DNA of 64,000 nt from an uncultured archaeon (GTDB lineage: Archaea; Thermoproteota; EX4484-205; JAAOZP01), in assembly GCA_938045545.1 (NCBI GenBank), contig CALIBN010000007.1:88421-152420 (forward strand), in the 5' to 3' direction. Below, in pieces: positions 8,757 through 17,573 of this stretch (position 1 is its first letter; each line of letters begins with the position of its first letter). The translations under genes and the position numbers were made by a program. The notes beneath the pieces are model-generated. The model was given only the letters and a program-made list of their open reading frames with translations, was not told where the DNA came from and searched no databases.

Positions 8757-9590
8757 ATGGTTGAACATGGCTTTGCTGAAGCCTGTGATAAAAAAGAATT
8801 TGGAGGGCGTAGCGCCTTGTTCAGCCAGGTAGGGAAAGGGCTTAGGTTAAGCAGGATTTTCTCTAAAGACGGGAAAACGCTGATCATCGGTCTTGACTCT
8901 ACTTTCGCAGGCGGACAGGTTGAAAACCTGTGGAGAACGCGAAGCATCCTGACAAGCGTTTTAAAGTCTAATCCGGATGCCGTCATCCTTAGCAAGGGAC
9001 AGGTCACCGGGCTGGAAAGCCTGATCGGAGGCAGAGGGCCCTCTGTTATAATAAGGTCTGATTTCACGAATGCTGCGGTGGGCTATTCGACACTGCCCCG
9101 TAAAAAACTCGAGCATGTTAAACTAGTTAACCCTAGAGAGGCTTTGACATTGGGTGTTGAAGGTGTTGCCGCTTATCTTCTCGTCGGGGATGAGGATGAG
9201 GAGGCTAGAAGTATTAGAATTGTTTCAACACTCGTCTCGGGCTGCCGAAAGCTGGGGCTTCCACTCCTCGTGGAGACAATAGCATTAGGTGAGCGTGTCA
9301 CTCAGGCTAACCGCCTAGACTGTTTAAAGCTTGCCGTCAGGATGGCTATTGAAGCGGGTGCCGACCTGGTTGCAGCACCATATGTTGGAGACGAGAAGTC
9401 TATGCGCTCCATAGTCGAGGTGTCTGGTCAAACCCCGGTTGTCGCAGTTGACGATGCTGGGACTCCTCTATCAGAGCTTAGGAACGCTCTCTCAGCAGGA
9501 TGCCTAGGCCTTCTTTTAAGGGAGAGACTGGCCTCGGGCGACGTTGAGGAGACTGTTGCGGAAGCCAGGCTTCTAGTCCACGGGTGTTAA
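8757..9590 (+). CDS. DhnA/class Ia aldolase homolog lacking the Schiff-base lysine (probable pseudo-enzyme); likely start TTG 8817
   Basis: GKGLRLSRIF N-terminus; colinear with the downstream paralog. GADLVAAPY replaces GADALKVPY, and the DHG, LGG and GRN motifs are lost. GGAGG precedes TTG 8817. Confidence 0.75.
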   Translation: MVEHGFAEACDKKEFGGRSALFSQVGKGLRLSRIFSKDGKTLIIGLDSTFAGGQVENLWRTRSILTSVLKSNPDAVILSKGQVTGLESLIGGRGPSVIIRSDFTNAAVGYSTLPRKKLEHVKLVNPREALTLGVEGVAAYLLVGDEDEEARSIRIVSTLVSGCRKLGLPLLVETIALGERVTQANRLDCLKLAVRMAIEAGADLVAAPYVGDEKSMRSIVEVSGQTPVVAVDDAGTPLSELRNALSAGCLGLLLRERLASGDVEETVAEARLLVHGC

Positions 9591-10828
9591 GAATGCAGAT
9601 CGGCAAGAGGCTTAGGCTGAAAAGAATATTTGGCGAAGACGGGAGAGCCGTGGTCGTCGCCGCTGACCATGGGCTTATGCTTGGACCAATAAGGGGCGTT
9701 GTCAACCTGAGGGAAACACTTACCAGGGTTATTCAAGGGGGTCCAGACGCCATTCTTCTAACCCCTGGGCAAGCATCCAGTCTAATAGACCTTTTCTACG
9801 GAAAGGATGCCCCTGCACTCTTGGTAAGAGCCGATTGGACGAACGCGTTCAGGGACAAGACCTACACTCTCCCGGCCAGAGTCATACGCGACGTAGACAC
9901 AGTGAGGGTGGAGGATGCTTTAGCCCTAGGAGCCACCGGAATAGTAGTATACCTTTTCATGGGTTTGGGCGACGAAGACGAGGAGGCTAGAAACATTGAA
10001 ATGGTATCGGTGTTTTCACGCGAATGCGAGAAACAAGGCATGCCCCTCATAGTTGAGCCCCTCCCAATGGGTGAACGGGTAACGAAGGCGAACTACGTCG
10101 ACCTCGTAGCTCTTTCAGTGAAGATCGCCGCTGAGCTTGGTGCGGATGCGCTTAAAGTCCCATACACAGGCGACCCGTACACTTTTGAAAAGGTTGTTAA
10201 AACTGCCGGTGGAATACCGGTGCTAGCCTTAGGTGGCTACAGTGGAGTCACCGTAAGAGACTCGCTGGAGGTTGTTGAAGAGGTCATGCAGGCGGGTGGT
10301 TCCGGAATCGTCTACGGAAGGAACATAGTGCAGGCCCAAGATCCCGGGGAGATGGTAAGGCTCGTAAGGAGCATAGTGCACGAGGGTAGGAGCGCCTTGG
10401 AGGTGGTTGGAGCCGCCAAGAAGGGGAGGATTTCCCTCAGGGTTGAGCCAGCCCTCTGCGTCGGCTGCAGCCTGTGTGCCGCTGTCTGCAGCCTCTACCA
10501 TGATGGGAGCATAGATATTGGGCGTGCTAGGCTCAGAGTTTTACAGGAGTGGCCAAGCGGAGCCAAGCCGGTTGTATGTGTTCAATGCGGGAAATGCATA
10601 TCCGTCTGTCCAACTGGAGCCTTAAAATGGGGCTCGAAAGGTAATGTTGAGCTTGAGGAGAAGCTTTGCACATCCTGCATGGCTTGCGTGGAAACATGCC
10701 CGCAGAAGGTCATCGTGTTCGACGAGAAGAGGAATATTCCTCTGTTTTGCGACCTTTGCGGCGGGGTTCCCCAGTGCTCGGAGTGGTGCGGCACAGCAGC
10801 CATAAGGATCGTAGAGGAGGATGCTTAA
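9584..10828 (+). CDS. Class Ia (DhnA-type) aldolase fused to a C-terminal 4x[4Fe-4S] ferredoxin; likely start ATG 9593
   Basis: AADHG, GADALKVPYTG (Schiff-base Lys), LGG, YGRNIVQ; then CVGCSLCAAVC, CVQCGKCISVCP, CTSCMACVETCP, CDLCGGVPQCSEWC. Confidence 0.88.
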   Translation: MLRMQIGKRLRLKRIFGEDGRAVVVAADHGLMLGPIRGVVNLRETLTRVIQGGPDAILLTPGQASSLIDLFYGKDAPALLVRADWTNAFRDKTYTLPARVIRDVDTVRVEDALALGATGIVVYLFMGLGDEDEEARNIEMVSVFSRECEKQGMPLIVEPLPMGERVTKANYVDLVALSVKIAAELGADALKVPYTGDPYTFEKVVKTAGGIPVLALGGYSGVTVRDSLEVVEEVMQAGGSGIVYGRNIVQAQDPGEMVRLVRSIVHEGRSALEVVGAAKKGRISLRVEPALCVGCSLCAAVCSLYHDGSIDIGRARLRVLQEWPSGAKPVVCVQCGKCISVCPTGALKWGSKGNVELEEKLCTSCMACVETCPQKVIVFDEKRNIPLFCDLCGGVPQCSEWCGTAAIRIVEEDA

Positions 10829-12641
10829 AATGAAGGGTGGCTACACGGGCAGGGTTCTAAGCTTCGACCTCTCCTTAGAAAAGGCTAAAGTTGGGGACTT
10901 GAACGAGAAGGAGGCTTTCCTACTGCTCGGTGGAAAGGGTCTTGGAGCCCTTCTCCTCTACAGGAGTCTGCGAGGTAAAGAGGATCCTCTCTCCCCTGAA
11001 AACCCTCTCATAGTTTCAACAGGGCCCTTGACAGGGACGATTGCTCCAACAGGCACTAAGTTCAGTGTTCTAACTAAAAGCCCACAGACAGGTGTTTTCC
11101 TCGATTCAAACTGCGGAGGAATGTTTGGAGTGCAGCTTAAGAGAGCCGGCTACGATATGCTTATTGTCAAAGGGGCTGCTGAAGAACCCTCCATGCTAAT
11201 AGTTGATGAAAACGGTGCTGAGCTTAGGCCCTGCAGGCTATGGGGCGTGACGACGTTTGAAACAATCGCGGAGCTTAAGAAGGAGTTTCCCAACCGCGGC
11301 ATCCTAGTAATCGGGCCCGCGGGTGAAAGGCTTGCTCCAATATCCGGATTGTTGACGGACGACGCGAGGTCTGCAGGCCGTGGCGGCTCTGGTGCAGTAA
11401 TGGGCTCTAAAAGGCTTAAAGCAATAGTAGCGGGAGGCAGGAGACCAATAGAGGTTTATGATGCTGAGGGGATGAAGAGGGCTGCCTGGGTGGTCAGGAG
11501 GATGCTCAGGCTGCATGAGGTTACTGCGAGAAGCCTTCCGAGACACGGGACGGTGAACATAATAGAGGCTGTCAACGAGATGGGGGCTCTCCCAACGAGA
11601 AACTTTCAAAAAGGCAGGTTCGACGGCGCGGGCGAGCTTTCAGGGGAGAAATGGAGGTCCGGTCTTTGGAGGAGGGATAAGGGTTGCTACGGCTGCACTA
11701 TAAGGTGCGGGAAAATCGCTGTTTTAAACGGCTCATGGGTCGACGGGCCGGACTACGAGACCATCTGGGCGTTCGGTCCAAACTGCGGTATCAAAGATAC
11801 TAAAACAATAGCTATGGCTAACTATCTTTGCGACGACTACGGCTTAGACACGATAAGCACCGGCGTCACGATAAGCTTCCTAATGGAGCTCTACGAGAAA
11901 GGCTTCATCCAAGACTTGGACGGGTTGAAGCCCATGTGGGGGGACGAGGATGTCTTTCTCAAGCTTGTGGAGAAAGCGTGTAAGGGCGAGGGGTGTGGAA
12001 GAATGATTGAGCAGGGTGTAGCCAGGGTGAGCGGAAAGTTCCCGGGCAGCGAGGCCTTCGCAATGCACGTGAAAGGATTGGAAATGCCTGCTTACGAGCC
12101 GAGGGCCGCTAAAGGAATGGGTCTTGGCTACGCGACCAGCGACCGGGGGGCGTGCCATCTTAGAGGATACACTGCTGGGCAGGAGCTGCTTGGGTACGGT
12201 GGGGGCGTAGACCCGTACACTATTGAGGGCAAGGCTAGGCTAGTGATAGATAGGCAGGACGAGAAGGCTGTGATAGACTCTTCAGGCCTATGCTTCTTCG
12301 CGTTTTACGCAATAACTCTTAAAGAGCTGCACCGCATGATTGTTGCCTGCACCGGGCTCCCCTATAAAGACTGGTATGAATTAATGAGGATAGGGGAGAG
12401 AATCTACAACTTGACGAGGCTTTTCAACATTAGGGAGGGGTTAACCAGGAAGGATGACACTCTGCCCAGCAGATTCTTAAAGGAACCCATGCCCGAGGGA
12501 CCTGGAAAAGGACAGGTGGTTGAGCTTGAACAGATGCTTTCCGAATACTATAGGCTCAGGGGTTGGAACGAGAAAGGTGAGCCTAAAAAGGAAACTCTTG
12601 ATAGTCTAGGGTTAAACGAGCTTCTTAAGACGAACGAATAG
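10821..12641 (+). CDS. aor: Aldehyde:ferredoxin oxidoreductase (second AOR-family paralog)
   Basis: KSPQTG, IGPAGE, RGGSGAVMGSKRLKA, CYGCTIRC, GPDYET, GLDTISTG, YATSDRGACHL; overlaps the stop of the aldolase-ferredoxin gene. Confidence 0.95.
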   Translation: MLKMKGGYTGRVLSFDLSLEKAKVGDLNEKEAFLLLGGKGLGALLLYRSLRGKEDPLSPENPLIVSTGPLTGTIAPTGTKFSVLTKSPQTGVFLDSNCGGMFGVQLKRAGYDMLIVKGAAEEPSMLIVDENGAELRPCRLWGVTTFETIAELKKEFPNRGILVIGPAGERLAPISGLLTDDARSAGRGGSGAVMGSKRLKAIVAGGRRPIEVYDAEGMKRAAWVVRRMLRLHEVTARSLPRHGTVNIIEAVNEMGALPTRNFQKGRFDGAGELSGEKWRSGLWRRDKGCYGCTIRCGKIAVLNGSWVDGPDYETIWAFGPNCGIKDTKTIAMANYLCDDYGLDTISTGVTISFLMELYEKGFIQDLDGLKPMWGDEDVFLKLVEKACKGEGCGRMIEQGVARVSGKFPGSEAFAMHVKGLEMPAYEPRAAKGMGLGYATSDRGACHLRGYTAGQELLGYGGGVDPYTIEGKARLVIDRQDEKAVIDSSGLCFFAFYAITLKELHRMIVACTGLPYKDWYELMRIGERIYNLTRLFNIREGLTRKDDTLPSRFLKEPMPEGPGKGQVVELEQMLSEYYRLRGWNEKGEPKKETLDSLGLNELLKTNE

Positions 12642-12949
12642 TGTACTGGAAACTTTTTCCATTATTTTTTAATCGCTTTTCAATGATGCTTTAATACACT
12701 TGTAGGATTATATTGAAAACGGTTGGGTCTCAGCTAGATTCACGTCATTCCCCAGATTAAGCCATATGTTTGGTGAATGCAATAGGCCTCTGCCGTCAAG
12801 CGTATACTCCTATGATATCCATCATCATAGACAAATCTGAAAGAGCCCGCAATGAATTCTAGTGTAATGATCCTTGAGAAGGTTATTGATGCAAAAACGA
12901 CAACTGAGATTGTTTATGAGCCATGGGGCATGAAATGTATAAGTACAAT

Positions 12950-13288
12950 CTATAAATCTAAGATCGAGCGGGTAATAAAAAGGAGAAGTTAATGTTGGCG
13001 AAGTCATAGAGTTAGCTCTTTCTGGATGCACAGTTAATGGAAAGCCAAGGATGGTTATAAAAGAAGACCCTCTGTCAAAAGTTGGGGAGCAACTCATATT
13101 ATTTTCTGAAGCGTGTCAAAGAACTTGAAGGAAGGTTTAGAATTCTGGGTCCATGGAGAAGGTTCATTGTAATTTCTAACAAGGTATATTCTTTGGGTGC
13201 CCTTTACCCGGATTCAAAAGAAAGCTCATTGAATGTAAACGGAGTAGACTTGGAAAAATTCTTAAAAGAAGTACAAGAAAACATGTAA
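12950..13288 (+). pseudogene. Frameshifted C-terminal fragment of an uncharacterized protein
   Basis: IERVIKGEVNVGEVIELALSGCTVNGKPRMVIKEDPLSKVGEQLILF continues after a shift near 13100 as LKRVKELEGRFRILGPWRRFIVISNKVYSLG; no intact 5' part; AT-rich. Confidence 0.45.
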
Positions 13289-13299
13289 AACAATTCTCT

Positions 13300-14325
13300 T
13301 TAGCACGAAAACAGTTGCCCTGCATTGTTTCGAAACGTATTCCCAATGATGCGTGGATTGTTTTTTACTGCTTTAATCATCGTCTTAACATTCTCTACTG
13401 GAGTTTTCGGATGCAGGGCACAGGCTGGAGCCACTATTCTGATTCCGAGGTTTAGGCATGAGAGCGAGGCTTCAACAATGCTCTTCTCATCACCTTCCAG
13501 CAGTAGAAATGTACTTACTCCTCCTGCTAACGTTACGCCTCGGATCAAGTCTTTCGCAACCCTGAGGTTGGTTTTAGGGTCTACGTGGAAGACTTTAACA
13601 CCTGTCTCAGGTATGTCTTTCAAAATCTTTAAAGTGTCTCCGCATATGTGTAGTATACAGGGGACATTTAACATTGAGGTCAACCGTTTAAGAGGCTCTA
13701 CTTCGACAGTTCTGAAGATCATGGGGTTAAGCACGTCCGGTGATGAAGCCATGTCCTCAATCACGATAGCATCCGCCCCGGCGGAAACAATTTCCATGGC
13801 GTAATTCGCTATGGATGCTGAAAGCTGGTAAGTGTAATCCTTAATGAGATCCGGATCCCTTCTACTTAGCAACATGGTTTTAGCAGGGCCAAGCAGATAG
13901 TTGAGAAGGGTGAAAGGACCCGTGACGCCGCCGAGTATAGGAAAACCCGGTCCAACCGCTTCCCTAAGGTCTCCGATTACGTCTAAAACCATACTCGTCC
14001 TACCTCTCCCCATAAAGTTGAACTCTTTTATCTTCTCCAAGAGTGTCCTTGGTTTAGGGTAATGACCCTCGAAGTCTAGCTCAACGCCGAGGGCTTCGGC
14101 TTCAACACACTGGTCGAAAGGGACCCGTATCGTTTCAAAACCAATTACTTGCTTAGCTGCTAAGGCGGCTTTAACCATGTGTTCACGGCTCCTGTGGACT
14201 GATGGCCATGTTGAGCCGCATATATTGAGTAACTCTTCAGTTAAAGGGCTAGTTATTGCAGTTGCCATCGGTCTCACCATGTTTTCACCGCGCACTAGTG
14301 AGAGGAAGAGGCTTCTCCGATCCAA
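13300..14325 (-). CDS. mtaA: MtaA/CmuA-family methylcobalamin:thiol methyltransferase
   Basis: GFETIRVPFDQCVEAEALG, GGVTGPFTL, intact Zn motif LHICG...APAC. Confidence 0.8.
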   Translation of the reverse strand: MDRRSLFLSLVRGENMVRPMATAITSPLTEELLNICGSTWPSVHRSREHMVKAALAAKQVIGFETIRVPFDQCVEAEALGVELDFEGHYPKPRTLLEKIKEFNFMGRGRTSMVLDVIGDLREAVGPGFPILGGVTGPFTLLNYLLGPAKTMLLSRRDPDLIKDYTYQLSASIANYAMEIVSAGADAIVIEDMASSPDVLNPMIFRTVEVEPLKRLTSMLNVPCILHICGDTLKILKDIPETGVKVFHVDPKTNLRVAKDLIRGVTLAGGVSTFLLLEGDEKSIVEASLSCLNLGIRIVAPACALHPKTPVENVKTMIKAVKNNPRIIGNTFRNNAGQLFSC

Positions 14326-14533
14326 ATCGCTAAATAAAATGTTGGCTTATTATTAGCTTTTATCGTGGTATCAGCTGGAAAGAGAATTAAACAAAAAGGT
14401 ATTCCGGATGAAGGTCTTAGGGCTGTTTTCGAGTTAGCTGGTCATAAACACGGGCATGGCTTCTTTCCAAGAGGATTCGTAGTTGAGTATAGTCCTTAAG
14501 ATACTGATGGTGTTCCACACGCATAGAATCAAG

Positions 14534-14556
14534 GGCTGTCAATATTCTTGACAGCC
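14534..14556. promoter_or_regulatory. Perfect 9-bp inverted repeat upstream of the ArsR-like/ABC operon
   Basis: GGCTGTCAA-tattc-TTGACAGCC, just upstream of a TTATAT box at about 14574. Confidence 0.45.
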
Positions 14557-14615
14557 AGTCAATGTCGATAGAATTATATTTGCCACTCTAGCATTTGTTT
14601 AACAGGTGATGTTGC

Positions 14616-15040
14616 ATGAGTCCGGATGAAGACCTTTTTGAGACTCTGTCGCATCCCCTGCGGATTGAAATACTTAAGCTACTGGCCAAAGGTTCTATGC
14701 GTTTCGCTGAGATAAAAAGGAGCTCAGGATTAATAGTAGCGGCCTCCTAGATTTTCATTTAAAGAAGCTTGACAATCTGATAGGCGTAGATGGTGAAGGC
14801 CATTACGTCTTGAATGAGAAGGGGGTTGCAGCATTACAAGCGGTTGAAATTATATCTAAATATGGTTGGCAGAAAAGGGTGTTCTTCATAAACCTTTTAA
14901 TATATATTCTAATGAATTCATATGTCTTTTTAACAGACATAAAGTTAGCTTCAATAGTACTGGCTACAAGTACATTATGGATAGTATTCTACAGTTATTG
15001 GACATTCTTCAAAAGGCGTGTACATCTTAAAAACATATAA
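14616..15040 (+). pseudogene. ArsR-like winged-helix regulator with C-terminal TM segments; one base missing near 14714-14721
   Basis: MSPDEDLFETLSHPLRIEILKLLAKGSMRFAEIKR continues in another frame as LRINSSGLLDFHLKKLDNLI...YVLNEKGVAALQAV, followed by two hydrophobic helices. Confidence 0.75.
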
Positions 15041-15096
15041 GAAGGCAGCCTTATTCATGATCATGAAAAGAATGATAAAAATAGGGTGCTTGAAAC

Positions 15097-15871
15097 ATGA
15101 CGTATTCACCCCCAGTTTTCGTTAAAGAGCTCGTGGTTAAATATGGTTCTTTCGTTGCTGTCGACGGTATTTCATTCACCGTTGAACCCGGGGAAATATA
15201 CGGACTTCTCGGTCCCAACGGGGCTGGTAAAACCAGCACTTTGAAAAGTGTTAACCGGGCTTTTAAAGCCTGCTTCCGGGAGAGTTGAAATATTCGGCAG
15301 GCCTCTTTCAGACGAGGTTGCTGTGAAAAGCATGATGGGCTATGTTCCGGAGGAGGTCATTCTGATGGATTCACTAACCCCAAGGGAATTCCTAGAATTC
15401 GTCGCCTCCATTAGGCGTCTAAACGCAGACACGGTTAACACGCGGCTTGAGAAACTGGTTTCAGCGTTTCAACTCAGAGAGTATTTCGACACACCTATCG
15501 CAGCCCTTTCCAAGGGGAATAAGCAGAAGGTCGCGGTAGTAGCGGCTCTGATGCACGAGCCAAAGCTCCTAATTCTAGACGAGCCCCTGATAGGGCTTGA
15601 CGCGTTCTCATCTAAAATACTCAAGGAACTGTTGACTTTCCACGCGAGCAAGGGTGGTGCAGTGATTTTTTCAACACACATCATGGAGGTTGCTGAAAGA
15701 CTCTGCACGAGAGTGGGTATAATAAACAGGGGGAGGATGGTTGGTGAGGGCACAGTCGATGGTCTTCGAAAACTGGTTAAGAGCGCGGAAGGCTCCTTAG
15801 AGGAAATATTCTTGAAGGTGACTGAGCAGGAGGCTGGAGTCCAGGAGATAGTTAAAGCATTGGAGGCGTAG
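15097..15871 (+). pseudogene. ABC transporter ATP-binding subunit split by one extra A at about 15244-15247
   Basis: Walker [10 protein letters not shown] in ORF 15097-15288; LSKGNKQK, LILDEP and STH in ORF 15248-15871. Confidence 0.85.
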
Positions 15872-15876
15872 GGTTA

Positions 15877-17535
15877 ATGAATACTTCTGAACTCTGACAG
15901 CTGTCGAAAAAGGTTTACAGGGAGATAGTTTTCCAATCGTTCTTCTCACTCCGCGTAGGCGGGACCCTGCCTCAAACGGGTGACGTTGAGAAAAACATTG
16001 CGAAACTAGTCAGTAGTGCCGAGGTTAACGCTACCTTCAGTAAGCTCATGATGGCTTTTTTCATAGGTGTAATAGGTGTTTTCACTTTCTTCTCAGGCGT
16101 TCTGCTTGAAATGGACAGGGAGCTTGCTGCCGCATGCGGTGTTTCATCAATGCTCAGCATAGTCCTCTTCATGATAGTTTTCATGGGGTTACAGGTTGCG
16201 ACATCCTTTGTCTCCTCCAGGGTTGCAGAGTTCCTCATCCCCCTACCAGTTTCAAGCGGGGATGTTTCAAAAATCCTCCTAATGTGCTTCATAAGGATCT
16301 TCGACATTCCATTAATAGCGGCGGTCTTTATACTCCCAATAGCATACGGGGTCTCATACGGCTCTATCTCGGGTGCTTTAACCGTCCTTCTTAGCGTCGT
16401 AACTACGGAGATATTCGCATTGACTATAGCTGTTTTCCTAGCCCTATCCTTCTACTCTAAAGTGGTTAAGGGAGGAGGAGGCTCAGCGTTGAGAACCCTC
16501 ATGAGGCTCTTCTACATGCTGGTCTGGATTATTCCGATGTTTCTCATGTACGCGGTCACGAGTTTCGCGATGCAGATGGTTAACCTGATGAAAACCCTTA
16601 CTCGGAGCCTCTCTCACCTGCTTACATTGCTATACCCTTTTTCACTCGGCTTCTTAGCTTCATTAGCTACCTTCTTTAAAATCGATGACCCTAGTATTGC
16701 TGCCCTATCAGTAGGCTCCTCGCTTCTCTACCTCGCCCTGGCAACATACTCTTTCAAATGGCTTGTCAAGAGGGTGGTTGGGATAGGCTTTGGAAGTGTT
16801 GCCGCAGGCAGTAGGGTGGAGGTTAAAGAAGTCTCCATAAATCCTGGGCCACCTTGGCTCGGGGTTCTTAAGAAGGATCTTAGGATCGCTTCAAGGTCTC
16901 CCTCCTACTTCAGCATACTTATAATGCCGGTTATACAGGTCATAATTTTCAGCTTCTCCTTCAGCTCCCTATATTCAGATGTGAGCGGCGCTCCAGCGGA
17001 GCTCCTATCTTCCATGCTTCTGCCCCTATTCATGTTCATGGTTTCTTTACTTATAATACTATTACTTCCTCCCATGCTTCTAAACACTGAGAGCATTGCT
17101 TATTCCTACGTTGGAAGCCTGCCTTTAAGAAGCAGGACGCTGATTCTTGCTAAGACAATCCTAACGTCAATCGTATACCTGCTTTCGCTCCTCGTATCGT
17201 TGACGATAACTATGTTAAGAGCACCAGGACTCATACGCATATTCGCGCTTTTCGGAGGTGTTTCCACCTTCTCCGCCGCTGCTTCAATAATGTTTGAAAC
17301 CCTTCTGATCTCAAGAATACTTGGGCAAACCGTCTCATCGGGAAACCTTTATTCAAAATTCCACTATTATATTCTCCCATTGATACTGGGCTTCATGGTT
17401 GCAATGGTTCCAACCCTAGTATACTTCATGACACTGCTTCTAACAGCTTCCTTTGTTCTAGGCATAATCTGTTTAACAGCTACCTCGATCCTGGAGTTTT
17501 TAATCGCAGTTCTGCTTCTAGTTAGAAAGGGATAG
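15877..17535 (+). pseudogene. ABC-2-type permease with in-frame TGA at codon 7 (the 16048-17535 ORF is its remainder)
   Basis: ATG 15877: MNTSEL*QLSKKVYREIVFQSFFSLR... is in frame with the multi-TM ORF; contains KKDLRIASRSP. Confidence 0.7.
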
Positions 17536-17537
17536 TC

Positions 17538-17551
17538 GAAAAACTTAAATA
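17538..17551 (+). promoter_or_regulatory. BRE/TATA promoter of the membrane triad operon
   Basis: GAAAAACTTAAATA; a GGTGA RBS precedes ATG 17586. Confidence 0.55.
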
Positions 17552-17573
17552 GATGACTTTTACATAGATAAAG

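Noticed and set aside
15097-15871. Programmed frameshift, or the ATPase for the FtsX fusion
   Set aside because: No convincing slippery site with downstream structure; it is an ABC-2 exporter-type ATPase with its own broken permease.
15895-15897. In-frame TGA as selenocysteine or Trp recoding
   Set aside because: It lies in a permease N-terminus with no redox motif, TGA is a normal stop elsewhere, and both neighbouring genes are also broken.
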